Origin: Schmidtea polychroa
Lineage: Eukaryota
Length of the DNA: 64,000 nucleotides
Direction: 5' to 3'
NCBI GenBank assembly: GCA_044892525.1
Contig: CM097885.1
Span: forward strand, 39,248,001-39,312,000
The first letter of the stretch is position 1. Every line of letters starts with the position of its first letter. Made by a program: the position numbers and the translations under genes. This document shows positions 34,948-48,582 of the stretch, in pieces. A model generated the notes under the pieces. It was not told the origin of the DNA, made no database searches, and was given only the letters and a program-made list of their open reading frames with translations.

Positions 34948-35640
34948 TTAAATGATTTTTTTCGCTCCTATTGATGTCAACATTTTTCAATAAAAATTGA
35001 ATAGAAATATTTCTGGGTTTTTGTCATAATTTTACTCTGTTGTCAATTTCCTAATTTTAACAAAATATCTAAATGAAAAATTCGTTGTTTACGCCAAGAA
35101 AAATAAGAATTTTTAATTTTACCTTAAAATGTTTTTTAGATTTAAAATAAGATTTCTGACCCTATGAAATGACGTTAAAGTTCCCCTTGTCGAAAAATGA
35201 CCTTAGATTGATCTATTAAGTAACACCATCTTGACTTTTAAGGTACTTAAAACAGTTAAGTAGACTAGGAACTTCTTGTTGCATTTTCGAGTTAACTGAA
35301 TATTTGATGAATTTTTTTCGAAGTATTTAGTGACTTGTTTCTATTCATTGAATCCGAGTTTATTTCATATTTCTGTGGATGAAGATTGGTATGCACGTGA
35401 AAGTACTTGTTTAAAATTTAAAATGCGTCATTTATTTGTTGAAACCAAGTTGATAAATTTTTGAAAACCTGGCATTCTTATTTAAAAATTATTATTTTCG
35501 TCAGTTAGTATTCTGATTTCAATGTTGTAATTTTTATCAGTTGACATATTTTAAATGAACAGAGTGAAATGGTAAATATTTTACAAAATATAGAAATCTG
35601 GTAATTTGTAATTTTTAATTATTGAAATCACTTATTTATT

Positions 35641-36056
35641 TGTAAAGTTTATATTATTTTATTGTTAGACATCCGTAAAAAATATTTTACTCCATTACAA
35701 GTTAAAAATACGGATGCACTTGTAAACAGTTTCTGTGTATAGACGGTGTCTCCAGAGGCGAATATAATTTTTCATACGCCATGTTTACAAGTTTGCAGAT
35801 ATTGTTTCTGTGATTTAAATAATTGGCAAGTGATGTGATTTCCAGTGTACCAGGGAAAGTATACAATAGAGTTGAATCAGCAATATTGTATACTTATCTG
35901 GCGCGAAGAGAAATCTTCGCGTTTCCTGATTAGTACTGATGAGAGCCAAAAGCTCGAAACTATTCTACTATTGGGATTTGCACTGGGTATCATAAAGCTT
36001 GTAATGTTTATATTATTTTAATTTTAGACATCCGTAAAAAAGTATTTTACTCCATA
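35641..36056 (+). mobile_element. Retrozyme / Penelope pseudo-LTR-like unit bounded by ~55-bp direct repeats
   Basis: TGTAA(A/T)GTTTATATTATTTTTA..TTAGACATCCGTAAAAAA..TATTTTACTCCAT at 35641 and ~36000; contains a hammerhead. Confidence 0.65.
35931..35970 (+). ncRNA. Minimal type I hammerhead ribozyme
   Basis: TAGTA CTGATGA GAGC-CAAAA-GCTC GAAA CTAT TC TACTA: stem I (TAGTA/TACTA), conserved core, stem II, vestigial stem III. Confidence 0.82.
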
Positions 36057-36313
36057 AATGCAATGAGTTTAAATTAAAATTATTAAATATTTACTGATTC
36101 TACATTACTTATAGATCTTTTTTTTAAAAGATGTTCCTTATAAATAATAATAAACTATGCTAAATCCTTAATAATTGCATGTGGTCCTAATTGTTTAAAT
36201 ATATAAATAGTAATTATAAACTAACATTTTTAAAATTTATAATTAAAATTGAAATTATATATTTATAAAATTGTTTCATTACAAAATAAATATAATTTTT
36301 TTTGTTATTTTAG

Positions 36314-36915
36314 ACTAAAAAGAAATTATTGATTTGTTGTACAGGCAGTGTGGCATCAATAAGACTATGTGAATTAATTGATCGATTGACTATATTAAAT
36401 TTCGAAATTAAAGTTGTTGCTACAAATAGCTCATTATTATTTATTGATTCAAATAATTTTACTGTGCCAATATTCACAGATAAAGATGAAGGTAAATGCT
36501 GGAAAAAACGTGGCGATCCAATTTTACACATAGAAGTATTAATTATGAAACGTCTTTTTATGCTAATTAGTTAACAGATTGGGCTGATATTCTTCTTATT
36601 GCCCCACTAAGTGCAAATACATTAGGTAAACTTGCTAATGGCATATGCGATAATCTTGTCTGCTGTGTTGCTAGAGCATGGCCTTCTATAAATTGCGACT
36701 CTCCTGAGTTTGCAAAACCATTTTTTATTGCACCATCAATGAATTCAAATATGTGGAATAATCCTTTAACACGAATGAACATTGAATCAATGAAATCTAA
36801 TTATTCGGCGGTAGAAATACCCGTAACTAGTAAAGTGTTAATGTGTGGCAAACATGGTCCTGGCGCAATGGCAGAAATTACAGAAATTGTTTCTACCTTA
36901 TCAAAATATCAATGA
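36314..36915 (+). CDS. PPCDC: Phosphopantothenoylcysteine decarboxylase; exons 36314-36535 and 36571-36915 (35-bp intron); start codon probably on an upstream micro-exon (ATG 35569-35571)
   Basis: LLICCTGSVAS, WKKRGDPILHIEL..WADILLIAPLSANTLGKLANGICDNL, APSMNSNMW, LMCGKHGPGAMAE. Confidence 0.92.
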
Positions 36916-37074
36916 TTATTTAATAATAAATTCTATTTTTTTCTATTTCAATATAAAATTAGCGTATTATTTGAATTTAGTGATATGGCTAACTGCTTAA
37001 AATAAAGAGTTATGTTGATGTCGGTAATTTTAAAGTGAGAGTTTTGAGCTTATTTATATTATACGTACGAAACC

Positions 37075-37205
37075 AGAGGGGGAGCACTTCAAGGTCAACC
37101 ATTGATATAATTTTGTGTATCGCGAGACAGGCGCACATACGAATACAGTGGAAAGGATGTGGGGATCAGCAATGTGGAGGAATGAAAAGCACAGATGCAC
37201 TGAGT
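37075..37205 (+). mobile_element. Merlin/IS1595-like transposase fragment
   Basis: EHFKVNH*YNFVYRETGAHTNTVERMWG matches the H..VNH...FV...TGAHTN.IE..W motif. Confidence 0.7.
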
Positions 37206-39699
37206 TGAAGAATCTTTGGCCGCCCGCTTCTGGAGAATGATTATTCTCTTAATTGCCTTTTTATAATTGAAAATGTTCATTTTTTGATGAGATAGAGATA
37301 ACCGTAAAGTATCACAAGCAATCAAGTAGATAAATTCATAGAATATGTCAATGTGAAACGGGTTACCAGACTTTATGTCAATGTTTAATCTCGAACTAGT
37401 GAGCTCTATTTTTGGCTTAAAACTTTTTCATATCAAAATGAACTATGGGTCAATGGGTTAATGTCGAGTTATGTAATCAGCTCTTCTTAAAAGTCTTTAA
37501 CATTTTGCAAAACAGCGCTTTGAGTGTCAACATGCAAGCGAGATATAATAATATAGCCAACCGTTACCGAGTTATTTAACCAAAATGCATTAATTGCATC
37601 TATTTCATACAAACATTATAATATAAACATAGCGTTACTACAGATAAAATATTCAATATAAAGCATGTTACTTTTAATAAGTAATGAGAAGATAAAAGAC
37701 AATAAAAGAATTAATTGAAGACAATAACAGAACGATAAAACATTTTCATTTTTATTTAGAAAAATTTTATGATTAATTTCATCATATTATTTGTCCAATA
37801 GTTTTAGAAATTAAACTTCTTGAAGTGTATTTTTCTTTTCAATATTTGCTTCGCCTTTTAAGATTGTAATGTCTGCGATTAAATCGAAAAAGTATTGTAA
37901 TCAACACCAATTTTCAATCAAGTTACTCTGAAAAAATCCTATAATACACGAAAAATTATTCCAATAAAAAATACACACTCGTATAGATTTACTTTTTCAA
38001 ATCACTAACTTTAAGATTAACGATAATAAAAATTGTATTGACCAGCGTAATCAATATAAAAATAAAAATCAATATTTGTTATTCACGAGAGATTATTAGT
38101 GATAAGAAGTTAGTAATCAATATTTGCTTACTTTTCAAACCATTTCATATCTAATTCAAAAATGCATATTTCTACCCATTTGTAATCATTGATAAATTAT
38201 CTTTGTGGTAAATAGTTTTACTGCATTATTAACATTGTCTTAGTTGATTCCACTAATATCACCGAACGCTTGATGTTACAAGTCTGCTAGATCTACATTT
38301 GCAATTTCATTATCCTCAAACAATTCTTCATAATCAGCAATATCACGTTTTTCGAATCTTTACTCTTCAATAAAATATGCTCAATCTATAATATCTGCGT
38401 ATCGATTTTAGAATCATATTTTAATTTTAAATTATAATTGGAAATCTTTAAATTTAATATTCAAAACAATGATTTTAAATTGATTTAAATTATTTTTAAT
38501 TTCGCCAAAACAAAATTGCAAATTGATTTTTTTTTAAATTAAGTTTTAATAATATTTGGATATTAGATATTGTAAAAATTTCAGCAAAACAAATAATTAA
38601 TTTAGATTTATTGATTAACACATTTTAGCGTATTTGAATGAATGAGTACGTTTCCTTTTATCAAAGCTTTGAAAAGTATTTTCCTTAGACAATAGAAATG
38701 TTCAATAGCTTTTTTTATTTGTCGTTTATATATTGATAAAGAATAATTATTCTCGATTTAGACATAATTAAAATAAATTAAATTTAAACAGAATCCGGCA
38801 AATTTTTGCTAGAAAAAAGAAGAATTACCGCAGGAAAATATTGGAATATTTGATTTAAAAATCGGTTGGATACCCATCGATGATGACCTTTTTTTAATGC
38901 TCCATTTATGTTTTCTTTGAGTTTTTTGCATCACAATACAAGTTGGTGCTATTTTTATGAGAAGTGATCGCTAATATTAATTTCCCAACATTACCCACAT
39001 AAATTTTTCATATACTAAAATTGATTTGGCTTAAAATATAATGAAAACAAAATTACTCTGCTAATTAATAGGCTTTTGAAAGTGTTGAGGTCAGTAAATT
39101 AAAATAAATTTAAGTTGAAAATTTAAATAAAATGTAGGTTGAAGGAAAAGACAAAAAGATGTGTGATCATGCACATAATTGATAGTAAAGGAGAGTATGA
39201 TGGAAGCAGTATTAGGAAATGGCATAAGCAGTTGCGAAAGGCAAGAATCCGGAAATCCGAAAAAAATCAATAAATTGTAAAGTTATCAAAATTGAATTGG
39301 GAAAACGGGACAGGTATAGATTAGCTAATGGTCAACGAGATTGTTGGGCTGAAAGGTGGAATAATAAAAATTTGAGTAAAAATAAAATCTTAGTAAATTA
39401 AAAGGAACCTGTATAAAGAGGTATTAAGGTAATCAACCAAGTGTAAGGAAAAATCAAGAAATAAGAGAAAATAATAAGAAAATAAAAGATTAAAACAAAA
39501 AAACCACAAAAATAAAACAAACAATAAACAGATTAAAAGTAGACAGAACTAGTTAACAACAATCCACAAATCAAGACAAAATAATTAAGAAAAATAAAAT
39601 AAAATTCAAAAAAAAGAGTAAAATAACACTAAGAAAATAAATTATTTGCAGGAAAAGACTATAAATTAAAGCAAAGAAAGATTAAATTGCGTATGCTAT

Positions 39700-40330
39700 T
39701 ACGTGGTCTTTTTCACCTTCACATTTTGGGACCAACGTTGCTTGCATCAGTCATCAAGATAAATTGATTCGTAAAATCTGGACATCGTAATATGGGAGTT
39801 GTCACTAATTTCTCTTTTAATATATTGAAAGCGCTTTGTTGCAATTGCCCCTATATAAATTTATTATTTTTCTTTAGTAACCTATTCAATGGTTGAGCGA
39901 TATGAGAGAAGTCTTTTATAAATTTTCTGTAATAGCTAGCCAGACCTAAAAATTGTCTGACTTGAACAGCATTTTTCAGGAACTGGGTACTCTTCCACTT
40001 TTTTGATGTTCTCTGGATTAGTTTGTAACCCTCGCCGTGATATTATATGTTCAACATAAACTACTTCTGCTTTACCCTATTCGCATTTCGATGGTTTGAT
40101 TTTTAATTTTGCACTTTTGAGCCGTTTAAATACGGTTTCTACATCTTTGAGGTGTTCTTCAAAATCGTTTGAAAATATTATTATATCGTAGATGAACACC
40201 AACGCATGTCGAATACCCCGTATCACAAAATTTATTTGCCGTTGGAATGTAGCTGAGGCTCCTGTTAATCCAAATGGTAACACGTTGAATTCATATAGTC
40301 CTTTCCCATCAAAGAACGGCGTCTTTCCTC
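39700..40330 (-). mobile_element. Ty3/gypsy reverse transcriptase remnant
   Basis: [14 protein letters not shown]...[36 protein letters not shown], then QVRQFLGLASYYRKFI. Confidence 0.85.
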
Positions 40331-40349
40331 TATCTTCTTCTTTTATTCT

Positions 40350-43300
40350 AAACTACTCAACTATTGAAAAGGAAACGCTAGATTTAGTGTATGGAATTAC
40401 TACATTCAGACAATATTTATTGGGCAGAAAATTTACTGTTTATACGGATCATTATCCACTGTAATGGTTAATGAAACACAGAGATTCAGCTAGTTAAGTT
40501 AATTCGATTGTCGAGGGCCCTCCAAAAAAGGATTTTGAGATTAAATATCGACAGATAAAGCTAAGACAAATAGTAGGTGCAATGTCATGAATCCTAGAAA
40601 ATGATAGGAAAATGATAGAAAACCTGAAAAATTGGAAGGTACTATATTTGCTGCAATCAAAGTCGTTAATGATATGTCTGAACTACAAAACGATCAGGAA
40701 AACGACAGTGAATGAAAATAATTTATGGAACAAGCGGTAAAATAATAAAAGAACAAGATTGGAAACAACTCACAGATGCAAGCTGCAAATATGCAATTCA
40801 TAATGGAATACTTAAGTGTTGGAAAAATGGAGAAGCATTAATTCTTATCCCAGCCAAGCCCAGAAACACATTACTTATGCAGTATCATGACGGAGCTTTG
40901 GGGAGTCAAGTTTAGTTACGGAATTGTACTTGGTAGATGAAACTGAAACAAAAGAAGATGATACTCCAGAAGAGGAGGAAAGATTTGTTAAGAAATTAGC
41001 AACGGAATTAAAATTGAGATTACTATCGATAATTAAAAGAAATTACGAAGAAAGGGAATATTGTAAGGAAGCGGTAATTGAGGAGCTAACACGAACCGCG
41101 CTGGATCGAGAAGTAATATTGACAGTGCTAGCCTATGTAGTATTGGAGATTGGTATTTATGGTTGTTTAGAAGCTGACAATTCAAAATCACTAATAAAGA
41201 AAGCCACTGAAATGACGAATAAACATTTGATGAAGTGGATAACAAGTAATGGCGGATGAGAAAATTTGACACAAAAGGCGGAGAGCCCAAAAACAGAGAC
41301 AGTAAAGAAAAAAGGAAAACTAGCATTTCCGTGGTTGATGATGTCTATTATCGTGTTATTGAAAATAATAAACACTACGAATTCATTAGTGGCATACGAC
41401 TGCTCTCAAACTGAAATGGGAAGAGTATATTCGTTAGTAGACGTAGCCGAATGTTCAGATGTATATCCAATAAAGTTCAAAGTGACAAATCCCGTAAAAT
41501 TTCACGTGTATCAAGAATCTGGGTTTCGACAAACAAAGGTAAGAGAGTGTACAGACAAACAAACCACTTTTGTATTTTATTGTGGGAAATGGAGCCACTC
41601 ATCTATGGTGAAAATGCAGTCGTTACCTAGCCCGATTCAAAATATTCCAGAAAATCGTCTGGCAGCCTTTCAGACCGGACAGCTGAAAATCAATGCAGAT
41701 ATTAAATTGCAAGCAAAGTTAAACCACAAAATCCGTGAGACTGTGACCGCGAGAGGAATAAAAAAGTCGAATGGCGATTGCCAAAGAGAACCATACAAAA
41801 TAGACGATACGATAATTGACCAAGCCGTAGTTGTGGAAGAGTACATGTCCGAATTAAGAGAGTTTGATATGTCATTTGATAACGATACGGTTAAACTACA
41901 GACACATCTATTTTGCAACATGAAACAATCTACTTGTCAGACAAGGAAATCAATCCTAGTGTACGATGTCGATACGAAAAGGTGCAATTTAGTGCAATTG
42001 AAGTCAATGAACTTTAAAGAAATAACGGGAGAGCGGATCATGGGAAATCCTAGAAAGATAAGGATGGATCCAGCAACGAGTACAACAACCAGAATCACCT
42101 CACTACGGTATCACAACAGTATTAATGTCAACCTCGACAGAAGATGGGATGTGATTTCTGAGAAAAGACACTAAAACAAAGTGTGGACAAAGTGTCTATG
42201 AGACGAATTATAAAGGTATATATGCATCTCAGAAGGTTATTACAGAGGCTTAAACAAATATACATTCGGGGGATCTAAAATTGACAAATTACTTCAAAAA
42301 CAAGATAGATTATCTATTTCACTTTGGTCAAAATACCGTTGAAAATGTGTACCGATAAGTTATTATAAACGATTGCAATTTCAATAAAGAAATACTCCGA
42401 AACCGGACTATATTGGCTATAACCAATCCTAATTTGGTAGCACCAATGTTAATTACAGATAATGGGGTGTTTGTCAGAATCTTCGGTGAAGCACTATATA
42501 GCTATAAATGTAAAGCTGTACCAGTCAAACTGACAACGAATTACAAGTAAATTTAAATGGAAAGTTGCAATTTATGGAGAATCTTACTAGAAGACGATAC
42601 GAAACCTAAAGTCTTACAATGTAATCAATTGTTGGCACGACTATACAGATTAACACCAAAATCGTGGATTGCGTTGCCAGATCATCTAGAAGTAAAGACA
42701 CCGGAAAATTTAGAATTGTCAGAACTAAAATATTTGGTAAATTTTACATCGTTGGAAAAATTGTGGCAAAGTGGAATTTACTCGAGCGAAGATATTAAGG
42801 AAGCTCGCAGAAATTTGTTATTTCCGCCATAGAAAGAAAGACTGATAATATAAATGGTAGATACAATCCTCCGAAGCGGAAGTGGGAAGGTAAATTACGA
42901 GTATCTGTTAACTCCAGATCATTACAAAAAAGCGACGTATAATACGATGAAAAAGATCTTGGGGAAAATTTATGTTCATTGGATTGTGCCGGATTGATTG
43001 GAATTGGTGTGGTAATCAAAGTAATAATATCGCAGATCCTTTCAACACACATGCTATACGCGATCACAGGTTGGTCGTGGAAGCTAGTAATTGGCGTAAT
43101 TGAAGTGTTTATGAATAAGACAATGACAATACCACCACAATCGGAGATGGTCTACTGTGCAAATACCATAAGTGTGTGTAATGGCAAATTCATAATTTAA
43201 CCAAACCCAACGCTAGTCGAAAAATATGATTTACCGATATGTGACGAAATAGTCAAAGTGGAAAATCAGATAGTACCAGTCCATATAACGAATAGTAGTA

Positions 43301-44420
43301 CGAAACCGGTTCAGCTACACCCAAAAACAAAATTTGGAAAGTTATCAAAAATGTCTATAGAAACTAATTGCAAAATTCCAAGAAACGTCAAGGTATATAA
43401 AAAGCCGGAAGTGGTAAGCAATGATTTAAATGAAATACAGAAAAAGGAATTCACAAACCCTTTAAGAAAATATCGAGACGTATTCTCCAAACACGAATAT
43501 GATTTGGGTTTAACCAATGTCAAAGCCATAAGGAATCCCATAAGTTCATCAAGAATAAAGTGATGGACAGATTACAGGAATGAAAAAATTTGGAATAATT
43601 CAAGATAGCGCTAACGTTAGTGTATGGAATTACTACATTCAGACAATATTTATTGGGCAGAAAAAATACTGTTTATACAGATCATAATCCACTGCAGTGG
43701 GTAATGAAACACAGAGATTCAGCTAGTAAGTGAATTTGATGGTCGATTGCCCTCCAAGAATACGATTTTGATATCGGACCAAATATCGGACAAGCTAACA
43801 CAAACGCAGATGCAATGTCCAGAATCCCAGAAAATGATAATGAAGGAACACCTGAAAAATTGGAAGGTACTATATTTGCTGCAATCAAAGCCGCAAATGA
43901 TATGTCTGAACTACAAAACGACCATGAAAACGACAGCGAATTAAAACAATTTATGGAACAAGCGGTTAAAATAAGAAAAGAACAAGACTGGAAATAACTC
44001 ACAGATGCAAACTGCAAATAGTAATTCATGATGGAATACTGAAGTGTTGGAATAATGGAGAAGCATTAATTCTTATTCCAGCCAAGCACATAGACTATTA
44101 CTAATGCAGTATCATGACGGAGCCTTGGGAGGTCATTTGTCGACGCGTAAGACGCTATCAAGATTAAATCTGAAATACCTTTGGCCAACAATGGAATAAG
44201 ATGTTAAAAATTGGTGTAAAAGTTGTAAAGTATGCATCACTCGTAGGAATACTAGTAAAAAGATCAAAGTACCGTTAAAACCGATTCCAGTACCTGCAGC
44301 ACTGATGGAAATTACGTCAATGAATATTCTGAAACCATTACCAGAAACAGCAAAAGGAAACAAATACATTGTTGTTTTTTGCGACTATTTTACTAAATGG
44401 CAGGAAGTATACGCTATTGA
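40350..44420 (+). mobile_element. Rearranged Ty3/gypsy remnant with env-like gene; RNase H/integrase fragment present twice (~40380-40905 and ~43617-44132)
   Basis: [59 protein letters not shown]. Confidence 0.85.
41266..43100 (+). pseudogene. Envelope glycoprotein, class III fusogen-like (chuvirus/herpes gB-related type), frameshifted
   Basis: Signal peptide then LVAYDCS...YSLVDVAEC, FYCGKWSHSS, Cys pattern, GEALYSYKC, C-terminal hydrophobic segment. Confidence 0.65.
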
Positions 44421-45890
44421 AATATTATCCAAAACAAAACAAATGTATGCTGAATATCTTATGCATTAGAGTATTTTTTTAGTATTCGCAAAATAGTCCA
44501 GCAAAATAGGACTTTGGACACCGCAGTCCCATTCCTTGCGCACATTGCAAGGTGGGCGTCTCTCGAACCTGCGGGACGTATCCACACAGGCGAAGGTGCG
44601 CTTTAGGCCCTGTCGACGCGGTGGTAAAGGGACCCTGAAAAATGAAAATAAAAACCTGTTAGAATATCAGTAAAGTAACCATTTCACAACATCCAGATAT
44701 TCAAACTTGGGTGCCGTAACAACCTAAATTAGCAATAGTTGAAAAATGAAATAAAGTAAAGCCTATATAAAAGTCCGTACCATGGCGCCACCGATATATA
44801 GTTAGTTGCAGAGAAATAGTCTATGATAGTGTGAACAACCAGAAAGTAGATCTTTAAGAATTATGAAATACTAAATTATAACAAAATTCATATTACCCGA
44901 AAAAAATTAAAACAAAAGTTCAATTAGTTGAAAATACCTAATTATAAACACGGCTAAAATTTTTAGGAAAATGCAAGCGCAATCATCAACAGATATAGGG
45001 TAGGTGTAATTAAAGGTTTGCTCTTATTATATAAATAAATTTATACAAAATAGAAAATTGAAGAAAAATACCCAGAAACATGAGTGTAGTATAGGCAGTT
45101 ACATAAGCAAAATAATAAATTAAATAAGTTAAAAGTAAATAATTTCGTTTAATAAGTAACACGAGCATTTGTAATCACCGGGGTTTGGCTACCCTGGACA
45201 GCGATTGCAAATGTTCGGTTGCTATGAGGGAATACAATATGAATAACTAATAATTGAGGCAGCATGGTAAAAATTTAAAAGAATCACTTTCGTCCATATT
45301 ATTGAAAAAAAGTAAGACAAAAATAAAATATAAAATTCTTACTTGAAGATTGAAGAAGCAAAACTAATGAAAAGCAGTAATAAGGAAACTTATATAGGGC
45401 GCTTATCAGTATTATAATCTAAACGGTGTACATTAATAAAACGCAGGGTAATTAATTATAAAACATTTCATCTAGATATCCGAAATATTAATGATTATCA
45501 CAGATAGGCCAGTATGAACACTTGTCAAGTTTATCAGACGGAAAGATAAAAGTGGCATATGGGCTTCTGAAACACCAACAAAAGGGATTGTTGATGCCGC
45601 TAGTGCTTATCAAGTTGAGAAAACAAAGTGATATAGGAGCTCTGTAAGTCGGTCGGTATGGTAAGGGACATAATAAATTAGAAATAGTTGTGAATATTTT
45701 TGCCATGCTGGTAACAATTAAAAGGTATCGGTTAAGTAATTTTAAAATAGCATGCCTCAATAAAACAATCAAACAAATTTCAATAGTTAAGAAAATTGCA
45801 ATTTCATTATGTTAGGACCACAATGACTAAATAAATAAATTATTTAATATACGTTGGGAATAGAGTGAGTAAATAATATATGATTGTAAC

Positions 45891-45946
<56 letters not shown>

Positions 45947-47668
45947 TTAGTAGTGATGATGATAAGGATAATAGTAATAAAACATCAAATAAATCTTTAA
46001 TTAAAGAATTAAAAACTTAACCCAAAAGCACAAAATAATCTTAGAAATCATATATATTTTTAGCCCCACATAATTACTAATATAAAACCAATATCCCATC
46101 TAAATCAGGAAAATCATGTGCAATTAATTCAAAATTCTTACCATATTTAATCATTACTGGGCAAGCTGCCTTACTTACATTTTATCTACAATAAACGTCG
46201 ATAAATATCATAGAGCAACAAATATTAAAATCCAATATTTGCCATGATTAATTGTGTCGGGGTCGGCTTTTTGATGGTTATCGTCTGAAAGAGTATTATC
46301 AGTAAAAATTAGCCATATTAAATAAATAAGTAATAAGAATTACAGATAAGAATTAATAATTAACGAAAATAAATTAAATTAAATAACAAAATAAAGAAAT
46401 AAATAAGGAAGTAATAAAATTTTCTAAAAGTCAATTGGGAAATTATCAAATAATAATGACGTAACAAGAAAAAATAAAATTGATTAAAATTATAAAAAAA
46501 AATTTACATGCAAAATAATAACTTAAATTTTCAATATTTTTGTAGATAGTAATAATAAAATTTTTAGAAAAAAAAAAATTCAATAATTATAAAATAAAAT
46601 TTGATTGACATAAGGTCTGTAGTAACAAAATTCGGTAAACTATTGTCAACATAGGAATACAAATCAAAATTTCTCATTCAGTTTTCAGACTTCATTCGGT
46701 GCATTAAATAATTTATCGTTGGGTATTAATTAAAATTTTATTATCCATGTAAAAAAATGAAATAATAACCATGAGTAAACAGATGGTTATATCAAGAAAT
46801 TTTTAAAATATTAATGAACAACTTATCATCGAATTGTGACGAGAAGCAAATTCACCAGGACTAGTAAATTTTTGATCGGTTGACCTTTCCACAGTACCGG
46901 CTGATCCAAGAAACGTTTCTCGACTTAAAAGTTGTTAACTATTAATAACTAATAATAATTCCATATATATTTTTATGATTTTTCCTATTGTTCGTTACCG
47001 GCCAAGAACTTCGACCTTGTTTGAAAATAATTGGTTTTCGTTTTGATGTTGAAATATTGACCACTTTATTTATCAAATTCGAATCGTTTTCATAAAGTAA
47101 TAGGCTTTTCAATTGCGCCTGACTTACGATTATAATCAGGACAAGAACAAAGTGTCTGTTCAGTCTAAAATGCTCCAATTGTCGAGACAGACAGAAGCAG
47201 ATATGTGGAAGCGAATGTCAAGTGAGAGATTGCCTCGGCAATAACCATTTGTCATCCCGATTTCAAAGAGAATATAAGGAATGGGAAAATCAAAGAGCAA
47301 ATCCCATTTTGCCTCGGCAAGGGTTTGAAGAAATCGAACTTAGGAAAAGAAAAACGAACTAATGAGATTAATGAAAAGAATAGACAGATAAGAAAGAAAA
47401 ATGGTGAAAAAGGATAAAATCATAGAAAAAAGAATAAAGTTGGTCAAGAGAACCTAAGGAAATAAAAGAAGAATATTACATTCATCAAAGCATCTACACC
47501 GAGTGGAGAATATGTAAAACTCGAACTGTTGGACTACTAACTATTGACTGTGTAAAATTGAGAGAAAATATAGTTTGATTTCAATATACGTTGGGTCAAT
47601 TATAATTTTGATTTAAAGGACACGAGGAGTCAGAGGTAACCGACTTAAATTAAATGAAAACCCAACAA

Positions 47669-48582
47669 TATTATAACATTAATTTTTTGAAATATAATAA
47701 ATTTAATAGATATTTTTCCTTGCGTTAAAATAAGTGAATTATAACGTAGAATAAATTTTCCTTTCTATATATTATTAATATTAAGATTGTTGTTTTTTTA
47801 ATTTAGAGTGTTTCATATATTTATTTTTCAATGTAAAATGTTTGATATATATCTTTAATATTAAATTGTATTTTTATGATACTAGTTTGTTTGCAAAACT
47901 GATGAGAAAGTACATAACACTCTATTTTATTTTTGTTATGATAGAACATTTTAAGGATACGTTTGAAATTATATTTATCAATAAAAATTAAAATTTCTAA
48001 GTTATTCTATTATTAAACAAAATTTATATTGTAATTAAAATCAATTTCGTAATATTAATAAAATAATAGACCTATAAATATTCGAAAGAGAGGAAAATAG
48101 AATTTATTAAAATAAATGTAAGTAATTATAATTATTACTCATTATTTAGTCAACTTTCATGTTATAGATAATCGTTGACATATGTTTAGATAATTTGTTT
48201 TTATTTTTTCATTGAGAGGTCAGATTTGGACTATGATTACCGTATGTGTTCGTGTGTAAGTAACTGAGTGATAACGTTACTGTTACTTGACACCCAATAA
48301 AAAACATTTATGACGTCACTAAACAGGTATGCAATATTGAGTATTATATATTTTTTACAATTAACAGTAGTTAGTTTTGCAAAATGAATTCAACAAGCTA
48401 GGATTGATTGAATATTTAAAATATGTTGCAGTTGAATTCAGATTATGATGAATATTTATGGAATAACTTTTATTATAGTATTTAATTTTATTCAAAACAA
48501 TTTCTATTTTAACGCGTAGATAAAATTCAAAAAACTTTGACAAATCACTATTATGTCATTGAATTAGTTTTCATAAAATATT
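47669..48582 (+). repeat. Deleted duplicate of the eIF4B-like locus flanks
   Basis: 47669-47755 matches ~49030-49115 and 47753-48582 matches ~50745-51570. Confidence 0.88.

Noticed and set aside
38200..38420. Coding-looking minus-strand stretch
   Set aside because: Short frames with stops, no recognisable family
45488..45772. 94-aa ORF and possible OTU-like words on the opposite strand
   Set aside because: Too weak and interrupted to support a call
46060..47178. Possible minus-strand secreted-protein gene fragments
   Set aside because: Frames broken by stops, no recognisable domain or consistent splice model
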